Of a stretch of DNA of 64,000 nt, positions 1 through 12,500 are shown piece by piece. The notes beneath the pieces were generated by a model. That model had not been told where the DNA came from and did no database searches. It saw only the letters and a program-made list of their open reading frames with translations. Each line of letters begins with the position of its first letter. The first letter of the stretch is position 1. The DNA is from Massalongia carnosa (Eukaryota), in assembly GCA_965645245.1 (NCBI GenBank), contig OZ287073.1, positions 1,426,001-1,490,000 of the forward strand, given 5' to 3'. Position numbers and translations under genes: made by a program.

Positions 1-845
1 CATGTATCTATCGATTTTATGACTTATTGCGAGCAACATAAAATCATACCGCTTTGTTTGCCCCCTCATTCAACTCATCTATTGCAACCTCTGGATGTGG
101 GCGTTTTTTCACCTCTAGCTAAGGCCTATAAAAAACGGGTAGCAAATCACTCTCGCTATGGGGCCGTCAACGTTTCGAAGATAGATTTTCTAAGTTATAT
201 TCAGGAGGCTAGAAAGGAGGCCATGACTATTATCAACATCAGCTCTGCATGGCGAGGTGCAGGTCTAGTACCACTCGATCCAAATTATGTTCTAGCTAAA
301 GTATCGAGATCAAAACCTTTTCCGCGTGATATTAACGCTATCAGTACTCCGAAAACAATCAAGAAAATCAGAGAGACTAGTGAGACCCTTCTACAAAATA
401 TAACTCCGTCTCTTCGAGGGCCTGTTGAACAGCTGAAAATCATAGCTCTTAATGCTATTGCTGATAAAACCATTCTAACACAGTCAAATCAGGAGCTTAT
501 TGATAAACAAAAGACTCGACGTACAAAGCAGTCTAGAAAGGGTTGTGAAAAGGCTAAGGTGCTGACTGTGGGTGCAGCACGTACAATGATGGAAGAAAAG
601 GAGAAGGCGGCTGAGGCAATAGCCAATCAAAAGGCTAGATATCATGCCTTAAACGGAAAGGTAAAATTTGCGAAAATAGTATATAAAGAGATGGGTATGG
701 ATATTGATATTTTCATGTAATTATATTGGAAATAGATGATGATAAAATCATGTAATAATGGTTGTTAAGTTGATAAGATGATTTGGTCAAATTTTTGGTG
801 GGGTGGCCCGACTGGGTAGCTGGCCCGTTTGGCTAGTAAATACGT
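1..845 (+). mobile_element. pogo/Fot1-family DNA transposon, right part (runs off the window start)
   Basis: Contains a DDE_1 transposase C-terminus. The end at ~802-845 reads, on the reverse strand, ACGTATTTACTAGCCAAACGGGCCAGCTACCCAGTCGGGCCACC: an ACGT-start TIR with internal GGGCCA repeats typical of this family, followed by TA at 846-847. Confidence 0.85.
19..720 (+). CDS. pogo/Fot1 DDE transposase, C-terminal part
   Basis: Motifs LPPHSTHLLQPLDVGVFSPL and AWRGAGLVPLDP; the frame is open from the window start. Confidence 0.85.
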   Translation: MTYCEQHKIIPLCLPPHSTHLLQPLDVGVFSPLAKAYKKRVANHSRYGAVNVSKIDFLSYIQEARKEAMTIINISSAWRGAGLVPLDPNYVLAKVSRSKPFPRDINAISTPKTIKKIRETSETLLQNITPSLRGPVEQLKIIALNAIADKTILTQSNQELIDKQKTRRTKQSRKGCEKAKVLTVGAARTMMEEKEKAAEAIANQKARYHALNGKVKFAKIVYKEMGMDIDIFM

Positions 846-1423
846 TATCCCTAGACCTAGCTTTCTAATAGTAACTCTGGACCTTGTCCGTGACATTAAC
901 CTGAAGGGGCTTAACGTTCTGTAAGAAGGTTAGCCTAAGGCACTTAGGCAATACGAATGAAATAGTATTAGTCAGCCCATTTGTACAAACGCGCATCTCG
1001 CTGAATTTTCACCTCGTAAATCAACATTTGTTTACGCAACTCATCATCGATTTGACAGTTCAGCTTGTTATGACTTCCTCTTAGGTTCAGAATACCATGT
1101 CAACTTCAAAATAGCCTCATCCTGAGCCTATTGCAAAGCCTTCAGGTCTTCGCAGCATAACAGGAGGCTGGTAAGATGGATGCTGAAGAGGAGTAAATTC
1201 CTGAATTTTAAGAAAAGATACGTGATCTATGGTGAAGTTTATATACGAAAATAAGTATCTTTTCTTATCATTTGAAAGGACATGGTCTTATGGGCCAATT
1301 CCCCCTGCGTTTGAAATTAGTCAATCAGAACAGGGTCTTATGGACAAGGTTGCCAGATTATAAAGTATCCCGAGCCGAATCTCAATGAATCAAGTATAAG
1401 TAGGCACGATAGGCAGATATATA

Positions 1424-3338
1424 ATCGTGCTGAACCACTTTCGGAATGGAAGGGCATCCCTTAGTCCTTACCATCTCAATGACGCATTGGGCTCAATGTC
1501 GTTTTTTTTCACCATCTACCCACCAAACAATTCACCACATCATCAAAACAACCCCGATTGTGAATGTTTCAATTTTGATACGTAGGGAATTGACTAATCT
1601 ACCAAAGGTGTGTCGTTGGTGAGAAAGGCTATTTGATTCAGCTGAGAATATTTTTTTTCTCAGCCGCTTTCTCCTCCCTAGCCTTCTTCCGTTTCGCCTT
1701 TTCCTCCTCCTTCTGCTTTCTTGTTGAACAAAGCTCCCTACACTGACTTACCTTGATGATTCCACCCTGAGAGGCCACCTGTCCACCAAGAACGGCTCGT
1801 TTCTGACGTGATGAAGCTGCTTCCTGCATGGCATGAAGGTCTCGAGTGGTCAAATCTAGAGCATGAGCGGATGCCACCGAACCGCGAACGAACCGTTCAA
1901 CCTGTTGAACCTCTAGTTTATCATTGGGTCTCGCTTTGGCAATGGCTCTCTGAAGCTTTCGACCGTACCGAACAACCGATTCGGGCCCATGGGGTGTGCG
2001 TTGATTCAATGGAAAGGGGGGGGGAAGGAGTCCGAATGACTGACTCCCTCAATCGTGCCTCCTTTTCTCGAATTTTGTCCAGGACAACTTTTGGGTCAAA
2101 CGGTACGATTCCGGTTGATTGGAACGCATGACGGATGGTGGATGATTTGAACGTTTCATTTCGGAAGCTCTGAAATGCAGCGAGAAATTCCAGCTTACCA
2201 AACTGACAGTCCCCCAACCGGACAGCCCAATCTATTGCCTCGGTGTGATAGTGTTTGAACGGTTGAAAAACACCTACGTCCAATGGCTGGGTGAGGTGAG
2301 TGGAATGAGCTGGTAATCGAAACAACGATGTTGTTGGCAGTGGCTAGTTCAAAAAATGGGATGGTCATATGCGATCCAAAACCGTCATTGATAAAAGTAG
2401 CCATGCACTTTGCCTTTTGCTACTCGTATGCTCGATGAAGTGATTCAACCAGTCCATACCTAAATTATCATTTGAATAACCACTGTCGCTGGTGCCAATG
2501 AGAATGTCATCATGTAGATCATTTTCCTGACACCATTTATGCAAATCTGCACCCCTGAAATGATGATCAAAGGGGGAATCACCTTCCCTCCAGAACTTAT
2601 ACACTCCAACGTCATGATATAATCACGATTGTCCGGGTCCGTCATTCGCAAAGGCTTTTTCGGGTCCATGGTAATCACCATTTGAGCCCGCCCACAGCCA
2701 ATGCGAAAGCCTGTTTCATCCATGTTCCAAACGTCCACGTCGGTAATGCCCTTGTTCTCAATAGCAGCCTTCAATTTATAGAAATAATCCCGCATATCTG
2801 TGAGACTGTGACTGTTTTTTCGATCCGTCGCCAGGGGATTTTGTTTGCGCTTGTTGTACTGTGGATTTCGTTCAAGAAATCGACTGAACCACTGATGCCC
2901 CACCTTTCGATTCTCTGAACGAATCAAATAATTCGCCGCCCCACAATCATCTTTGGCCTAGCGCACATATTGAACCGGTCACATCGATCAATATACTCGC
3001 GAATTGCCTCCTCTTGCTCCTCCGTAAGAGCTTTGTTGGTGCTGGGGCGGGTGCTTTTCGAATTGGACCCATTCCATCGTCTTTGAAGTTGACGAATGGG
3101 CACGTCGTATGCACGCGCAACCTTGGTGCAATTCTTATACCAACCATCATGAAGCGCGTCGATGGCCTCTTCAATACGATTTTCGAGTTTATAATAAGAA
3201 CCAGAAGGCATGGTGTGGGGTGTTTACGTGTCAAAGATGGTGGGTAGATGGTGAAAAAAACGACATTGAGCCCAATGCGCATTGAGATGGTAAGCACTAA
3301 GGGATTGCCCTTCCATTCCGAAAGTGGTTTAGCACGAT
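1424..3338 (-). mobile_element. complete pogo/Fot1-family transposon with ~100-bp TIRs and TA target duplication
   Basis: 1424-1524 (ATCGTGCTGAACCACTTTCGGAATGGAAGGGC...CTACCCACCA) is the near-perfect inverse of 3238-3338. TA lies at 1422-1423 and 3339-3340. Confidence 0.93.
1638..3211 (-). pseudogene. frameshifted pogo transposase (HTH/CENP-B-like + DDE_1)
   Basis: Six overlapping ORF pieces carry consecutive motifs: KVARAYDVP, QWFSRFLERNP, VWNMDETGFRIG, SGYSND, DGFGSH, LPAHSTHLTQPLDVGVF. Confidence 0.88.
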
Positions 3339-3631
3339 TAGTCCTTTTTTTCGAACAACCGAAAGTTATCTTCTAACTACTTAACTAAACCTAATTGAGG
3401 GTTTTGACTGCTTAAGCTGAACGGCCGCTGATTTCGATATCTTACACTTCAGTCGGAACACTAAACCCGATAGCACGCTCCGTCGAGTACCTTAGCACAG
3501 GTACCTACTTGCTTACCTCCGTGATAACTATGTATTATGGCGTGGCAGGTGGGAAGTCCTCTTCATTCCCAAACTACTCAATAATCAAGTAAAGAACTCA
3601 ACAGTCCTCACTTAATCTGTTTTGGGGAGGA

Positions 3632-6600
3632 TTACAATACATCCATCCCATCCTCTGCCCCGTTTGCGTATCCAAATCCGAAACGTCCGTTCTCAAGCAT
3701 GCTCATTCGATCTAGCTCATCCTGATATTCCTTCCGGATATCTTTAAGCGTCACTACTTTCCTCTTGCCTCCGCTTCCCGTCTTACCTGCATCATCCACT
3801 CCGACTAGAACCCAGCTTTCTCTAGCACAAGCCAGGAGATTGATCACAGCTAGATAGCCTTCAATGACACTCTCCCCGCCATCGCCTCCTACTCCTGCCT
3901 TTGCGGTCAATTTTTGCAACCGTTGCAACCGTCCAAACAGGGCTGCCGCAGCTCCGCGGAAGTCGTTGTGGCGTAGGCGCCAAGTGGAGAGGATCTCGTA
4001 GTATTTTAGAGCCTGGGAAGGGGAGTTGGGCTCAAGGGGTAAGGTTTGGGCTTTTCGTAAAAGGAAGGCGTCGATGTCGTGGTGAATGCTGGGAGGGAAA
4101 GGCAAAGAAAGCAGCTGGGAAGCTTCGTTATTGGAGAGCATCGTCGTGATGAGCATTGGAATTAGATCTGCAGGACTCGGCAGCCTGGTGAGGGCGGAGT
4201 AGGCTGATGAGAAGTCATGTATGGCGAGAGAGGCGTGGAAGAGGGAACAAAGGATAGGGGTTGTTTGATCCGTTTTAATCAAGGGCGAGAATTGGAGTGC
4301 GAGTCGGGCAAAGGAGGCTGTGTACAAGTGGCATTGAGATGATTCAAAGAGTGTCAAAACGTGAGTGTAGTATGGTGGAAGGCCATATCCAAAATGCACC
4401 GCTTCAAGGGAAGAAAGAAGATTGTGGGAGGCAGAGTGGTAATCGAAGGTAGGTTTAGGACGTGCTAGGGTGGAGTCAGCAAAACGAATGGACACTTGAG
4501 GTAAAGCTATAGCTTACATAATTTAAAGGCAGCTTTCTTGAAGTAGATAGCTGCTTCGGTGAATTCACCTCGGGCAAGACAGAGTCGTCCCTTTATGTAC
4601 GTCGCCCAGGCGGTGGATGGTTGGTACTGGAAAAAATCTGACGCAAGCTCGATGTTGTTGTTCGCGAGCAGATTGCATTGCACATATACGAGAACACTAT
4701 CAAGTGTGATAGTGGGTTCGTTGCCACCAATGACCCATTTCAAGACATCGTGAATACTCTGAGTTAGGGCTGTGCTTTGAGATTGCTGAAAGTAGGCCTG
4801 AGGTTTGGGGTCGACTGCAAAGAGATTTTCAAGCACCGTCGATGGCTCCCTCTGACTTGTTACGGCCAACTTCTGTGGCCCGCCCAGATTAGCCACACCT
4901 GATCCAACCTCTGGTTCATCCATCAGAACCCTACTATTCTTAGCCAGCCACTGCATCATCTGGTATTGCCTTAGTAAATCGAGAAGCGCAATATACAACC
5001 GTGGCGCATCGAATGCCTCCATTGCATTCTCTTCTTTGTCCACCTCTGCATTGACAAATACAACCACGATGAGTAGATCGAGGAGAACTCGTTCATGTAG
5101 GTTTATCATTTCTTGAGCACCTCCAACCAAGACCTTTAGACCAAACCTAGAGCTTGATAGATCAGAAGGATCTGTTGACATCAGCTGCGGAAGCTCGTTA
5201 ATAATTGCTAAGAAGCTTTCCGTCTCGAGACCGCTGTAGCCGCCGACTGACTCAAGGCCAGCCTCTAAGTCGCTAATGCAGATATTGGAAATTTCTTCCG
5301 CGAAGTTACACCGATCATAAAACAACTGCAAACGAACGGGCACGGAATTTAAAGGATCTTGCCATAGTTCAGTCTTTAGGACTGTTTTGCAAGTACGACG
5401 GAGGGAATGGTTGAAATTGCGCCTGAATACTGCAGCTGTTTCGACAAGCACAGCAAGTTCATCGGGTAATCTAGGTTCTTCGTCGTTATCAACTTCTATC
5501 GATGGACTCTCCAATAAGTTCATCGATTTGGCTAAATCACCCGACCTGTTGTGTGCTAGAATCTCAACTCTGCTGCAATCCCGAATTGCCGAGTATCCAT
5601 CAGCGAATACCTCCCATGGCATTCCGGCAAACTCGTCGTAGGCAAGCGACAAAACATCCCATCTTGAATTGTTCAAGTCACGGACATCTTGCCAAAAGAT
5701 AATCCACTCCTGGTATATGTCTGCATAGTACTTCTCGAAATCCATACAGCCTGCATCATCTTCCTGTAAAAGAACATTGGACGCTATCACGGAGCAAATG
5801 CGTTCTTTAAGCGACATTTTTCTTTTTGAAGAAAAATCCAATTTACGAGTATGAGAGTACATTGTCAAGGCTGTTTCCAGGACTGTTTCAGGGAACCTGC
5901 CGGTATGTAAAAAAAACTCAAGCCATAACTCTCTGACGTCCTCCGGTCCACTCGTTGCCATAGGAGGATAGGCCTGTTGATCCCAAGTCTCTGAAGCTAC
6001 CATTGACCAATCATCTTGCCAGGTATTTGTAAAGTTCTGCGTGTCAAACTTCAGATTGTACGTTCTATATTGTTTGTTCGACCGCATCAGGACCCATAAC
6101 TCCATTCTTTTTCCTTTCCACGCACTTTTTGCGACGAAGTCGGCAACCTTCCAGATTGCTTTGCTTTCTGGACTAGGATCTGGATCTGGGGGTCTTAGTG
6201 TGAGGTCAGGGTGCATATCCCGTATTCCAAGAGCACCCTCGTCTGGATCACGAATAGCAAAGATCTTAAACTGCCCTAGATCATGCGGCGAGAAGACCAT
6301 AACATAATAGAGATCCCCATTCCTTATCGAGTCTGCCTGAAAGATTTGTACTTTATGTGGCGTGCCCGGATCAAGCATGACTTTTGGAATCTCATGTGGC
6401 TCCCGCTTTTGCCCTAGTATATCCGAAGAGAACACGCTCCTGGCTACATCTAGACTCCAAACTTTTAGCGTATGATTCAAACATATAGCAAATGCATGTT
6501 TTCTGTCGGGAGATAAAGCAAGGCCGGCTGCTGCGTCCTGGTCTAATGTAGCCCCATCGAATTTAACAGTGTGGCTCCCCTGCCACCGAACCAGTCCACG

Positions 6601-7320
6601 TAATGATGAGCCCCATTGTCCGTCGCTATATGTTGTTTCGCGCCAGTGTGATCCATTATCTCCCAAGGTCCTTGTTAGGTGAAGCAATCGGCCATCACTC
6701 AGAGATATAACCAACTGTAATGAACTTCCTGCAATCAATTGGTATGGGTTGCTGATGCTAAATGACGACGGTTTGAAGATATTGCACCACTTGCTGACTT
6801 CTTCCTCAGAAGCGCCTACGTGGCAGAAGAAGTCTCTCCGTAAAGTGAATGTATAAAGGTCGGATCCTTTGGTCAGAACAAAGAGACTCAAAATGTCCTG
6901 GTCCTCTGCATCTGCCAATGCCACACCTCCATCTCTTATCACAGTCGGAAACACTAGTTGTAGTACAAGGGTGGCTTCTCTTGTTTCTCTGTCACTCTTA
7001 CTTAGATCTGCAGACCGTAATTCCAAGACCCTTCTGCCATCCAAAATGCGCCATATGATGCTTCTGGGGTATCTCCTAGTTGTACCAAAATATATGGAGC
7101 CCGAGCTTGCCAGAAGGTTTTTTGTGAAATCATCATCATCTTTGAAAATAGGTTTGCTCTGAAATATCCGTCGCTGCAGGCGTGATTTGCGACTGAAGGG
7201 AGTTGGGGCATTTGAAGAGGGGACCTCAACACGAATGACACTCCTTGCTATAGCTTCATTTCCAATCCTAGCCTCTTTGAACAAACAAAGCGACGTGGTT
7301 GGAGCCAGCGCAGTGTCCAT
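3632..7320 (-). CDS. NUP120: nucleoporin Nup120/Nup160 family
   Basis: A 937-aa exon (beta-propeller-like N-terminus then helical region) is joined by a 53-nt intron 4517-4465 (GTAAGC..GCTGAC..CTAG) to the exon ending at 3632. The C-terminal WRLRHNDFRGAA and KRKVVTLKDIRKEY motifs are typical of fungal Nup120/160. Confidence 0.82.
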
Positions 7321-7386
7321 GAAGACCGCCTGGCTGTATAACTTGAGAAGTCGCTAACGCAGACGTAAAAGTTTGCGTGCAGATGA

Positions 7387-7396
7387 GGACGCGTCC
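7387..7396. promoter_or_regulatory. MCB-like element (ACGCGT) upstream of the nucleoporin gene
   Basis: Palindrome GGACGCGTCC ~70 bp upstream of the ATG; a second ACGCG lies nearby. Function is inferred only. Confidence 0.3.
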
Positions 7397-8289
7397 GATT
7401 TGAAATGATCTCTCACGCGGTCTTCTTACATGATGTATTCATTATATGAGATACTGGATTGCCTGATACTATTAATCAGTAATTTTTCGGTTTTTTTGCA
7501 TTATTACCTCTCTGCTCTTAATAAGATCACTAGATGAATTTCAATTGGTATACAAGGAAAAGGTTTATCGGTAGTTTGCTGAGGAATTGCGCCTATGATA
7601 AAAAGGGTTGTTCTGTTTGGTGCAGAGAAGGGTCTTGCAACTGAGGAAGAAGTAGTGAGTGATGCGTTTGCAGTATGGGAGGGAACGGAGGTTATGGGCT
7701 ATAGAGCAGTAAAGGCGGGTGATTGCTCAGATACATAGGCAGGTTACTTTTACTTGGAATGTGCCCTCCGTCATCGAGTATTTACAGTTGCTCGCCCAGC
7801 AGACCTCGTAATCGAAGAGGACATCGAGATACTCATCACCTCGTGGACCTCCGTTACCTTTAACCAGAGGCCATTCAGAAAGTTGAACCAAAACGCGACC
7901 CTGTGCAGCCTACGGGCCGTGACCAAGGACATAGTCCATAATTATGTAAAGTAGGTCACTCATCTGCACCCATACCACGTGATGGTGCTGATGATCACAA
8001 GTAATGTTCCTTCTCAGTGTCCCTGCGCTCAAGACCCATTTCACAAGCTATATAGATGCCTGACTGAACATTCGATCGAGGTACATGTGCTGAAAACGAC
8101 CCAATTACAAGCTCATTTAGCCTAAGAAATACATATCGACCCCTTGACATCGCCAACCAAACCCTTCTCAACGCCTCATAAGTGCAGCCTCCAGCCCACC
8201 CAGCGCCCCCATGATGCAGATGATAATGTAGTGCCTCATTGAGTCAACTTGCAACAAATATCAAATCGTAATACTCTCCCCGATGGACC

Positions 8290-9513
8290 TCAGTCTTTCT
8301 CGAGATCCTTGGGGCTCGGATCCGCGATGCCATCCTCTGTGATTGCGAAGAGACAGTCACTTTCGGGCAGGCAAGGACTGTCATAGATTTTACATATCCT
8401 CGTCTCGCCTCTTCCTTTCTTCAAGCTTAGCCTTGTGGTGCTAGCGTGCGCAATAATGTTGCCTCCAATTGGCTTCTTGGGATCTGGATTGAACATTGAG
8501 CTTGGACCACCGTCAACTTGTGCAACAACCTGATTAGTGATGACCACCGCTATTCCAAACTCATCCGCCAGTCGTTGCAGCGTTCTCAAAAACTTCGCAA
8601 GATGCATCTGACGTGAAGATAGCTCACCCCGACCCGAGAAATCCGTACGGTATAGCGATGTTGCAGAATCGACAATGAGCAGAGAGAATCGTGTTTCGCA
8701 CATCATTTGGGAAGCTTGATTGAGCAGCTGTAACTGATGGTCCGAGTTATAAGCTCGTGCGTAAGCCACATTGTCCAGCACTTCTTCGCCAGAGAGGCCG
8801 TAACGAGTTGCGACCGAAAGTAGGCGAACGGGGCGAAACGTACCCTCCGTATCGATATATAGACACTTTCCTTCCCCTCCACCCATGTCAAATGGTAGCT
8901 GGCAGGTTACGGCGAGCGTATGACAGATCTGACTTTTGCCTGTTCTAAATTCTCCGAAGATCTCCGTCACTGAGCCGGTTTCAATTCCACCTGCCAACAA
9001 GGTGTCCAGTTGTTTTGACCCAGTAGTAATTGAGATCAACTCGCTTCTGCGCTGATGCATCTCCGTAGCCGTAGTGAATCCCATGGGTACCAGTTTGGAA
9101 GCTTTACGAACATGAGCGTAGTTCTTCCCCAGTTATGTACGGAAGTTCATGCTAAGTCTACCTTCCGCCAGAATCTTTGTTGCTTTTTGCTCCGATATGC
9201 CCTTGATTTGTTCTAAAACCCTTCTAGGCCTACGGTTGCTGCTTAGCCATGCCTGCGACGAGCTGAAGCTTAACTTACGTATACGCCACCGACTCGACCG
9301 TATTGAATCCACCTTCCACAATGAGTTTGATATCACGGGCTGAAAGGCCAGCGACCCCCTGAGCAGTCAGTCAGGGTTTCGGCAGAAGTTCGACCAACCA
9401 TAGGAGAAACATGTGCTTACCTCTAGCGCATGAAGTGGAGTGGGTGCACCGGGTCCTCCTGCCCCGCCATCTCCATAGGCCGACTGAGTTTCTTCATTCT
9501 CAGCGGCACTCAT
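8290..9513 (-). CDS. RAD51: DNA recombinase Rad51 (uvsC/mei-3 orthologue), multi-exon
   Basis: Walker [46 protein letters not shown] at 9513 gives MSAAENEE...[12 protein letters not shown], followed by three introns. Confidence 0.96.
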
Positions 9514-12500
9514 CGCAAATATTTCTGAAAGGGCAAGGAGCTTTCGGCAGGGATGATTTCCGTCAGATTTTTGGTTCGAGTTAGTAAGGTAAGTCCCAAG
9601 GAGCCGGAGGTAATTAATAGCGCCGTTTGAACGCGCAACAAAAGCGCGATGATGTGACGGAGATCCCGTGATTCTCCAACTATTTAAGGGATGTTAGGTA
9701 AGTTACTCGTCAACGATCTTCCTCTCCACCGTAGCCATATTTCATTCTCCAGAAGCTTGACTGATACACAGTTCACCTCCGCAAGCGCTTCTCACGACTG
9801 CACGAGTTAATGTTCAATAGCCAGTACAGGTTACTGGTTTCAGTCAAGATTTTAAATGACGTGTTTTAATTTCTCGATGAGAACTATTTAAAGCTTCACT
9901 AACACACTCTACATTAACGGACGCCAACAAGATTTTCCAACAAGTTTGTTCTAGAGTTTTACATTAGCAGCTGTGTCGAACAGTAAAGCTGCTGGTATAT
10001 GAGCATGGAGATTCTCACTGTAAGGTCATGACAACAACAAACTTTGATTGGGATCCGACACAAAGGTGTTCCAATGTCAACTGGGTGCTAATGTTGATTT
10101 AGCCTTGGACAAGCTTTGTGGTAGATTTAATGATTGAGCAGGAGAAGAGCTTACATCCGACACATCCTATAAAGTCCCAGCTGAATATGCTGAGCTACTC
10201 TTGACTGCAAAGGCTAAATATGTGTTTCACTCGAAATCCGTTGTTCTCCGCACATACTTAGTTCGCTGTCATGTTTCGTGTTTCTTGATCGGCTACTTTG
10301 AATGGGCTAGAGGACTCATCTTTGTTGGGAGAACCATCTGCGCTGGACGATGGTGTATCTCCAACAAGCACTTCGTTCGAGCTAGAAGGAGTCGTTAAGA
10401 TGCTTGCACAAGATTATTCTTCCCCCGTTTGACCAGTCGATTGCATGCTTTCAGTAGGGCAGCCGTTCCCGAGGATGCTCAAATCAGCTGTTTGGACTGG
10501 GCTGGCTGCAAATTCTGAGCAAGGCCGCCTCTTTGGTTGGGGGTTGTTAAGATGATATCTGGAATGCACTCATTCGGAGACGTGTCTGAAGTAGCTATTC
10601 CAACTAAGTCGAGCGGGTTTTCTATGGAAGCCACATTGTCAGACATAGCTACCGTAACTTCTGGTAAAAGGGTTGGCAAGTGCTAATGAAATTGTTGTTA
10701 GCAGGAGACTACTGATGAAACGCATTGATCCACAAGTTAGAGTTGAGGGTTTAGGGATTCGATGAGGAGGGAAGAGAGACAGCTAACATGCATGGATAAA
10801 GGACCTAGAAGCTACAAATTTGGTATCGTGGACACTCTACGAGTTATACCAATCTAGCAGGGTAATGCATGTTGTGCAGATACGGGACGAGTACTTCTAG
10901 TGAAATCGAACTATTCATAAAGGCTAACTCAAATCTCCATAGGAAACACAACAGACAGCTGAAATTGCCTAGACAGAACGGCCTTGCAGATCATGATACA
11001 CGTTCAAGGAGATTGTAAATCTGGCGATGGCAACCTTTGCTGCATATGTTGCTAATACTTGTATTCATTCCTTATCTAATCATTATCTCTGCCAAGCATG
11101 TTTCAGTCAAAAGAAGCAAACTATCGACTTAAGCGACGGTCGTGAGGGTCATATTACTTCGACATACTAGAGGGTTACATGCATCGCCTACACAATAATA
11201 ATAGTCCGGACCAATGACGACTTCACCGAGGACATCCGAGTTCCATTGATGCAGAGCCTGCACAAGCGATAGAGCAACGCGGAAAGCTTGGGCCTGTTGA
11301 CGCGTTGTCTTTCGATATGTATTATTTGATCAGGATGTTAAGATGGTGTCACTCTTTGTTGGGATATCTGGTGCAGATTGGCAGGCTACTTTTTCGTATT
11401 CCCCCTTAGGCAAACCAGCTCCATAGGTTTTTCGAATGCCCATGCAGGGCGGGTTACAGTCTGTCCTACTGTTTTGTGGGGGCATCTCGGGGCTGAGAAT
11501 ATCAGTTTACGTTTTTGTACTGCCCGTCTGCCACAAGTGGGAATCTGGTGTTGTTCGCAAGGGTGGAGCAGCATTACTTCATTGAATCCATACGAAGCTT
11601 TTGGCCCAGGATGCTATGACAGATTTGTTCTGTGTTGAATAGTGCAAGCACCATATTTCTTCCGTATGCTTCTATAGACCTTAATGCGTTACTAGGAACT
11701 GCATTCTAGCTCATTGCATTAGAAATGAACCACCGCTATTGGCGCTCAACGTATTATTTCCAGAAGATCTATCCCTTACTCCTATATTTTCTTTCAATGG
11801 GTCTTCGCTAATTGATATGTGAAATCTCATTCCGGAAGGAAAATGATAGCACGCCCAAGCATAGTCAAAGCCATTTAGTTGGACTTACAGCATATACTCG
11901 ATATATATTCCTACTTATCCTTCTATTTTAGCAAGCCCATATCCAGCCTTACGCTCGATGGGCACGGCGTTCATTTAGCGCCACTTGATATCAGCAGCGG
12001 CTTTTCCATCCCTTGCGTCATACCTAGAAGAAAAATCCACAACAGCAGCGTTACCCCGATTAACGTATTCATCCACGAACTGAGTGTACCGCCTATCAAA
12101 CACACTCCAATCAAACGAGTTTGCAAACCACATTCGCATTACTCAACCCTCCTGAAGACAAGCATTCTCTATACTCTGCGTTCTACTTTACTTCTCGGGA
12201 ATAGAAACTTTCTACGAAAATGCTCCCGCACGGCAGATATGTCAGGCGGGGGAGTAGAACCCCCAAATAGCTCAGGATATCAGGGCAAAGCATCTCCACA
12301 AGAAACCCCTAATGTTCACCAAAATGCTTGGAAGCAACTCTCCAAGCAACCAACAACTCAAAGCGCTCAAAACTAACCCTGCCATCGATGGCTTTAGCAT
12401 CCACAATCCCACCGCCGCTCTCTCCGCTTTTGAGCAACATTCATTGGTCAACCTTTGCAAGACAATCTACGAACCCAAATAACCTCACAAGGGCTACCCG

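Noticed and set aside
846..895. Possible LTR 3' end (..TCCGTGACA) into which the first pogo inserted
   Set aside because: Only ~50 bp is visible and its partner would lie outside the window, so it cannot be supported.
10479..10700. Minus-strand 66-aa ORF preceded by a branch-site/acceptor-like signal
   Set aside because: No recognisable motif, no convincing upstream exon, and downstream frames close quickly.
12373..12381. CTAACCCTG as a telomerase RNA template in the gene-free gap
   Set aside because: It is not a full 1.5-repeat template, and I could not identify a pseudoknot or CR4/5 structure.
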